From IMG/VR virus record IMGVR_UViG_3300045988_046531: 64,000 nucleotides of DNA. The stretch is one strand, 5' to 3'. Below, one piece after another: positions 58,461 to 64,000 of the stretch. This DNA comes from a virus. The notes beneath the pieces are model-generated. The model was not told the origin of the DNA, did no database searches, and worked only from the letters and a program-made list of their open reading frames with translations. The first letter of the stretch is position 1, and the number at the start of each line of letters is the position of its first letter. The position numbers and the translations under genes are program-made.

Positions 58461-59444
58461 ATGGCAAGAAATAAAGGTACATTCCAATTTGCAGCCAACT
58501 TTGAGGTTAAACTTCAAGGTGCTTTAGACCCAAGAATCTTAGTAGACAATAAGTCTGAACTTATTAATAAAGAAACTTGGCCGTATGATGGTGATACTAT
58601 CTACGTATATAATGGATTGCTAGTAGCTGTAGCTGCTGATAAAGCAATCTATATGCTGGTTGATAAAGATAAAATCCTAAAAGCAGACTACTCCGGATGG
58701 AAACAGATGGACGTTGCAGCTGCTCAAACTGTAGAGATTATTGATAATTTAAGTTCTAGTTCTACAACTGCTGCACTGTCAGCTAATCAAGGTCGTGTAT
58801 TAAGACAAAGAGTAACTACTCTTGAAGGCAAACTTAGTTCTGTATATTCATACAAAGGTTCCAAAGCCACTTACGCAGAATTGCCTAGTGATGCAGCAGC
58901 AGGTGATGTATGGAATGTAGAGGAAGCTCATGACAATCATCCAGCTGGTACTAACTGGGCATGGACTGGTACAGCATGGGATGCTCTTGGTGGAGCTATT
59001 GATTTGTCTGCTTACTACAATAAGACCCAAGCTGACGCTGCTATTAAAGCTGCTGTAGATGCAGAGAAGGCTCTTAGAGAAGCTGCTGACACTGCATTAG
59101 ATGGTAAGATTACTACTAACACTCGAGCTATTGCTAAAATCAATGGTGATGCTAGTACAGATGGTTCTATTGCTAATGCTATTAAGCAGGCTAAGGACTA
59201 TGCAGATACTAAAACTGGAGATATCAGCACTGAATTAGCTAATAAAGTTGATAAAGTAGAGGGAAGCTCTTTGATTCCTAATACTAAGTTGACTCTTATT
59301 GACACTAACGCTTCAAGTATTGAATCTCTAGAAGTTAGAGTTGCTGCTAACGAGGCTAAACTTGTTGGAATCACTACTACTGTAGTTTCAACAATTAACA
59401 CAGCCATTGATGCAGCTATGGCTTGGCACGAAGTAACTGAATAA
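58461..59444 (+). CDS. tail fibre-like protein
   Basis: 327 aa, Ala-rich coiled coil; N-terminus ETWPYDGDTIYVYNG is loosely similar to the neighbouring fibre N-termini. Confidence 0.4.
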   Translation: MARNKGTFQFAANFEVKLQGALDPRILVDNKSELINKETWPYDGDTIYVYNGLLVAVAADKAIYMLVDKDKILKADYSGWKQMDVAAAQTVEIIDNLSSSSTTAALSANQGRVLRQRVTTLEGKLSSVYSYKGSKATYAELPSDAAAGDVWNVEEAHDNHPAGTNWAWTGTAWDALGGAIDLSAYYNKTQADAAIKAAVDAEKALREAADTALDGKITTNTRAIAKINGDASTDGSIANAIKQAKDYADTKTGDISTELANKVDKVEGSSLIPNTKLTLIDTNASSIESLEVRVAANEAKLVGITTTVVSTINTAIDAAMAWHEVTE

Positions 59445-59462
59445 TAACTATAATACACAACG

Positions 59463-61421
59463 ATGACTAAAATGTTTGTTCATGTAGCTAAAAAGGCTAC
59501 GTTTACTGCGAAATTACAAGAGCAGTACGACAATTCCATTGTCTTTATTAAAGACACACAAGAGATTTATACTCATGGACAGTTCTATGCAATTCCTGAA
59601 GCATATAAGAACAAAATTACTTCGTTAGAGTCAGCAGTGGCAGCTTTACAGGCTGCCAAGGCTTTCTCTAAAGTATCAGACGGAAATAACATTGCAGAAG
59701 CTCCAAACCATGATGGAACATTGAAGTTCAATGCAGGAGCTAACGTTGCTGTTGCTGTAAGTGCTGACGGAGTAACTATTAGTGCAACAGATACTAAATA
59801 TACTAGTGGTACTGGTATTACAGTTAGTAGAACTACTATTAATCATAGTAATTCAATCACTGCCGGAACTGCTAGTGGAGATGCTAATAAGACTTTGACA
59901 TTTGGTGGCACATTTACTATTCCTAGCATTACTTATGATGCGCAGGGACATATTAAGTCTAAAACTGTCACTACAATGACAATGCCAGCAGCTCCTACCT
60001 TTACTAACTGGCAAGCTAAGAATATTGTTGGTGCTTCAGGTACAGCTACAGCTAATGCTGTAACTACTAATGCGACCACATTCTTGAACTTAATTGAGAA
60101 TGGCGCTGTAAGAAGCTCACATCAAATCACTGGTACTGGTAAAGTAACAGTTACAGCTGATGCTACTGGTAAAGTAACTATTAATGGCGCTGCAACTACT
60201 GCTGCTTCTGGTTCTGTTAACGGTACAATTGCTATTGATGGCAAAGATGTAGCTGTTAAGGGTCTTGGCTCTGCTGCTTATACAGCTTCATCTGCATATG
60301 CAACTGCTGCTCAAGGTACTAAGGCAGATAACGCTGTTCCTAATACTAGAACTGTAAATGGACATGCACTTAGTGCTAATGTTACTGTTACTAAAGCTGA
60401 TGTAGGTTTAGGTAACGTAACTAATGAGTCTAAGGCTACGATGTTTACTAATGCAGCTCTTACTGGAACTCCAACTGCTCCAACTGCTGCTGGTGGTACT
60501 AGTAGCACTCAAATTGCAACAACTGCATTCGTAATCAACGAGATTGGAAGCAAGATTTCTGCTGCTCAAGCACTTAGATTTAAAGGTACTATTGGTACTG
60601 ACGGAGATGTTACTGAACTTCCAGCTAACCACACTGTAGGTGATACTTACGTAGTTAAAGCCGCTGGTAATTTTGCAGGTGAAGGTTGTGAAGCAGGTGA
60701 TATGATTATCTGTGTTAAATCTGGAACTACTGCTGCAAATGCTGACTGGTCAGTAATTCAGAGAAACTTAGACGGCGCTGTTACTGGTAAGTCTCTAACT
60801 GCTAATACAGTAATTTTAGGTAATGGTGGTTCTACTGTTAAAGCTTTAGCTAATGGTACTACTGGATATGTATTGAAAGCTACTGCTAGTGGTCCTGCAT
60901 GGCAAGCAGAGAAAGACACAGTTTATACTCACCCTGCTGGAGGTGCTCCTAGTAAAACTTCTGGATTCTATAAATTCAGCACAGATTCTACTAGTCACGT
61001 TGCTTCAGTAACTGCCGTTACTAAAGCTGATATTACTGCTTTGGGTATTCCAGGGGCTAATACTAATACTACTTATACATTTGCTAATGGTACAGCTGGT
61101 AGCTTTACTGTTACTCCTTCTGGAGGAAGTGCTCAAACAGTAAGTATTGGTAAACCTGCTACTGCTGGTGCAGCTGATACTGCTGCTAAATGGGCTACCG
61201 CTCGTACTATCACAGTTAGTGGTGGTGTAACTGGAAGTGTTTCTCTAAATGGTTCTGCTAACGTTACATTAGCTACTACTCTAGCCAATCTGCCTTCTAA
61301 TAAGGTAACTGCAATGACTGGTTATACTAAACCGTCAGATACAGGTGCAATTGCTGCTGGTGATTCACTTAATGCTGCTATTGGTAAACTAGAAGCTGCA
61401 TGGGATTGGGTTGAACTATAA
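59463..61421 (+). CDS. tail fibre protein (Thr/Ala/Gly-rich repeats)
   Basis: 652 aa; the N-terminal anchor motif is shared with 61487-62935. Confidence 0.5.
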   Translation: MTKMFVHVAKKATFTAKLQEQYDNSIVFIKDTQEIYTHGQFYAIPEAYKNKITSLESAVAALQAAKAFSKVSDGNNIAEAPNHDGTLKFNAGANVAVAVSADGVTISATDTKYTSGTGITVSRTTINHSNSITAGTASGDANKTLTFGGTFTIPSITYDAQGHIKSKTVTTMTMPAAPTFTNWQAKNIVGASGTATANAVTTNATTFLNLIENGAVRSSHQITGTGKVTVTADATGKVTINGAATTAASGSVNGTIAIDGKDVAVKGLGSAAYTASSAYATAAQGTKADNAVPNTRTVNGHALSANVTVTKADVGLGNVTNESKATMFTNAALTGTPTAPTAAGGTSSTQIATTAFVINEIGSKISAAQALRFKGTIGTDGDVTELPANHTVGDTYVVKAAGNFAGEGCEAGDMIICVKSGTTAANADWSVIQRNLDGAVTGKSLTANTVILGNGGSTVKALANGTTGYVLKATASGPAWQAEKDTVYTHPAGGAPSKTSGFYKFSTDSTSHVASVTAVTKADITALGIPGANTNTTYTFANGTAGSFTVTPSGGSAQTVSIGKPATAGAADTAAKWATARTITVSGGVTGSVSLNGSANVTLATTLANLPSNKVTAMTGYTKPSDTGAIAAGDSLNAAIGKLEAAWDWVEL

Positions 61422-61432
61422 TATATGTACAA

Positions 61433-61470
61433 GAAGGAGGGAGTAGCATCCCTCCTTTATTTTATAATGA
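61433..61470 (+). terminator. rho-independent terminator
   Basis: GAAGGAGGGA gtagcat CCCTCCTT followed by TATTTTAT. Confidence 0.6.
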
Positions 61471-61486
61471 TTAAAATTTAAGTGAT

Positions 61487-62935
61487 ATGGCAATTAATAA
61501 GAAATTAATTCACTTTAATAAGAAAGCTACTTTTAACTCACAGAAGTTATCAGCCAATGATTCTAATACTCAATATCAGGTAGGAGGTACTGGAACTGTT
61601 CAGACTGGAGCTCCTGACATTAACTATCAATCTATAGTTTATATTAAAGATTCTAAAGAAATTTGGACTCATGGACAATTCTATGCTACTGCTGTAACAT
61701 GGAGTACTATTACAGGCAAGCCTAGTTTTGCTACTGTAGCTACATCGGGTAGTTATAATGACTTGAATAACAAGCCCACAATTCCTACTAAATTACCTAC
61801 CCCAAACGCATTGACCTTTACTGGTGCAGTAACAGGCACATGGGACGGTAGTTCAGCTAAAACTGTAAACATACCTTCTGGTTCTTCATACACATTACCG
61901 TTAGCATCGAACAGTACCCGTGGAGGTATCAAGTTATCAAGTAGCACACAGGGAGGAACTCCTAACGGAATTACTACAACTTCAGGCAGAACATATGCTG
62001 TTCAGGTTAATAGTAGTGAACAAGCAGTGGTAAATGTTCCTTGGACTGATACTACATACAGTTTACCAACTGCATCAGCTACTACACTTGGTGGTGTAAA
62101 AGTAGGAAGTGGTTTGGCAATTAGTAATGGTGTTCTATCTGCTACAGGTGGTGGAGAAGCCGACTCAGTTGCATGGGGCAATGTGACAGGTAAACCATCA
62201 TGGATTGGTTCTTCTAAACCTTCTTATAGCTGGCCAGAAATCACAAGCAAGCCTACCTTAGTTAAACAAGTAGAACCTGGAACTCCCAGTAGGGATTGGC
62301 AATCAGCGTATGTTCCATTAGATGTTACATACAGTGATACGTCTATTTCTCATAAAATCATTTCTTTACCTATGGCTTCTCCAGCAAGCGGTAGTAGTCA
62401 AGGTAGTGCAGGTTTAATAACTGGTGTTGATAAGAAGAAACTTGATGACTTTACAGATACAAAGAACACAGCAGGTGCAACAAATTCTACTGATAGACTA
62501 TACCTAATTGGAGCTACATCACAAGGAGCTAATCCACAAACTTACAGTAAGAGTACTGTTTACATAGGAGATGATGGAATTCTTATGTCTTTGCAAGGAT
62601 TTGAAGGTGGTGCAATTACATCAACAGCAGCTATCTATGCAGCTAATGGATTCTTTGATACATCTGATGCTAGAGTAAAAACTAACGTAGTAGAAATTGA
62701 TGCAAGTAAAGCTGATGCTGTTAGACTAGTAGAGTTTGATAGAACAGACAAAAAACATCATGGCTATGGAGTAATTGCTCAAGAGCTTGAGAAAGTATAT
62801 CCAGAAATGGTGAACACTGATAGTGAAGGATTTAAATCAGTTAACTATAACGAACTTGCTATGGTTAAAATTAAATATCTAGAGGATAAAGTTGCAAGAC
62901 TTGAAGCTCTGGTTGGAAGATTACTCGCAGAGTAA
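61487..62935 (+). CDS. tail fibre/spike protein with a C-terminal intramolecular chaperone (peptidase S74-like) autoproteolytic domain
   Basis: The C-terminus DTSDARVKTNV ... GYGVIAQELEKVYPEMV ... coiled coil matches the S74 / endosialidase-chaperone signature (SDxRxK, GxIAQEL). Confidence 0.65.
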   Translation: MAINKKLIHFNKKATFNSQKLSANDSNTQYQVGGTGTVQTGAPDINYQSIVYIKDSKEIWTHGQFYATAVTWSTITGKPSFATVATSGSYNDLNNKPTIPTKLPTPNALTFTGAVTGTWDGSSAKTVNIPSGSSYTLPLASNSTRGGIKLSSSTQGGTPNGITTTSGRTYAVQVNSSEQAVVNVPWTDTTYSLPTASATTLGGVKVGSGLAISNGVLSATGGGEADSVAWGNVTGKPSWIGSSKPSYSWPEITSKPTLVKQVEPGTPSRDWQSAYVPLDVTYSDTSISHKIISLPMASPASGSSQGSAGLITGVDKKKLDDFTDTKNTAGATNSTDRLYLIGATSQGANPQTYSKSTVYIGDDGILMSLQGFEGGAITSTAAIYAANGFFDTSDARVKTNVVEIDASKADAVRLVEFDRTDKKHHGYGVIAQELEKVYPEMVNTDSEGFKSVNYNELAMVKIKYLEDKVARLEALVGRLLAE

Positions 62936-62965
62936 TTATTATAATCTCATAACGTTTACATTAAG

Positions 62966-62997
62966 AAGGTCGCCAATAGGCGGCCTTTCTTTGTTTG
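62966..62997 (+). terminator. rho-independent terminator
   Basis: AAGGTCGCC aata GGCGGCCTT followed by TCTTTGTTTG. Confidence 0.55.
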
Positions 62998-63169
62998 TAC
63001 CTGATTACTAAAACCACCTATGCAATAAATTAATTGTTAACGAGTGTTAAATAATTTGGTAATGTCCAGAATTTAACGTAACTTTGCAACATCGAATTTG
63101 GAAGTATAGTATATTTATATATTATGCCCTCAACAGATATTGTATTATTTATCGTAAATTTATTTAATT

Positions 63170-63463
63170 ATGGCAGAATTTCTAACAATGGACGAAGCTA
63201 AGTCAAAGTTCGGTACTAAAGGAAGAACAAACGCTGGACTTACACTTGGTATTATCGGTACTGCATTAGCAGCTTTCGCTGGAAACAACGGAGGATGTGG
63301 TTGTGGTAACGGTGGCGGAATCCTTGGAAACCTCTTTGGAGGTAACAACAACTGTTGCGCTATGCAGGCAGCTGAAAATGCTAAAACCTTAGCTATGGCT
63401 CAAGGACAGCAAGCTGATAACCTATTAGCTACTATTAGAAAGAGCACATTCATGCTCAATTAA
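63170..63463 (+). CDS. small Gly-rich membrane protein
   Basis: 97 aa with one TM helix then a GGCGCGNGGG low-complexity stretch. Confidence 0.35.
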   Translation: MAEFLTMDEAKSKFGTKGRTNAGLTLGIIGTALAAFAGNNGGCGCGNGGGILGNLFGGNNNCCAMQAAENAKTLAMAQGQQADNLLATIRKSTFMLN

Positions 63464-63563
63464 AAGCTAAAGAAGATAAGGTTAACACATTATTAGAACT
63501 TGTGGAACAGGACCCAGAGATTAAGAAGAGATTAGACGAAGTTATGTTAAGTAAAAGTAAGTA

Positions 63564-63896
63564 ATGAGCGATAAAGAAATTGTATTTCAAGCTATTAATA
63601 AGTATGCTAAAGATTTGGCGAGTAACCTATTTCATTTTAATAGCGTGGCAAGTCAAGCTGTTATCACATACGTAGTTAAGAATATGGAAGATAAATATGG
63701 TAAGTATTTAGACATATTCACAGACGTGCACGGCAATATTAATCTAGAGTTGCTTGCCAATGCAGTTAAAGCAGAGATGAAAGAGAAGTCTGCTGATGGG
63801 TTTGTAGTTAACATTCTTAACAAGCCAGTAAGGTTTGGAGAGGACGACGTTAATCAATTAGTAGAAATATTTAAGACATTTAAACAGAACAATTAA
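63564..63896 (+). CDS. hypothetical protein
   Basis: 110-aa ORF. Confidence 0.35.
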   Translation: MSDKEIVFQAINKYAKDLASNLFHFNSVASQAVITYVVKNMEDKYGKYLDIFTDVHGNINLELLANAVKAEMKEKSADGFVVNILNKPVRFGEDDVNQLVEIFKTFKQNN

Positions 63897-64000
63897 TCCA
63901 AATTCGAGCCATGATTAATTTACGATTAGAGAGAATTTATAAAGGTGTGTCTTATACTATAGGGAAGCTGTACCTAAACGGTAAGTATTTCTGTGACACT

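Noticed and set aside
59198-60632. Minus-strand ORFs inside the tail fibre genes (58848-59030, 59198-59458, 60311-60508, 60408-60632)
   Set aside because: They are antisense to Ala/Thr-rich repetitive fibre coding sequence, which generates long spurious open frames
1-64000. TAG-to-amino-acid recoding within this window, prompted by the suppressor tRNA
   Set aside because: All large genes (flotillin, 1334-aa virion protein, portal, fibres, terminase exons) are intact long ORFs under the standard code, so no in-window gene requires UAG read-through; recoding elsewhere in the genome cannot be excluded

Overview
The window looks like part of a low-GC, tRNA-rich tailed-phage genome. The two Bacteroides-type promoter matches, the flotillin/NfeD pair and the crAss-like layout suggest a Bacteroidota host, but this is inference. 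It has four transcription blocks. (1) Minus block 215-27830: small early-type genes interleaved with about 22 tRNA or tRNA-like genes and a 543-nt tmRNA. It also carries an AAA+ ATPase, a short PurA-family (PurZ-like) adenylosuccinate-synthetase homolog, two vWA proteins (one Ro60/TROVE-like), a flotillin + NfeD pair and a ParB-like nuclease. (2) Plus block 28477-32299 of small unknown genes, preceded by a strand-switch region with four copies of a 14-16-nt motif and GC-rich hairpins. (3) Minus block 32483-40682: a BNR/Asp-box protein, a 1334-aa virion protein with glucosaminidase and HExxH motifs, and small genes. (4) Plus block 40844-63896: a PD-(D/E)XK nuclease, a terminase large subunit whose Walker A is split by a LAGLIDADG-carrying intron-like element, a second homologous element 2.5 kb downstream, a putative portal, and six tail-fibre-like genes, the last with a C-terminal S74 intramolecular-chaperone domain. 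The most notable observations are the PurZ-like gene (possible 2-aminoadenine Z-DNA genome), an amber-suppressor tRNA(CUA), the tmRNA, the Ro60-like gene flanked by structured RNA, the two intron-like HEG elements in terL, and 9-10-nt poly-G tracts at the 5' ends of three virion-module genes. All calls are from reading the sequence and the ORF translations; no searches were run, and tRNA/tmRNA ends are within about 2 nt.
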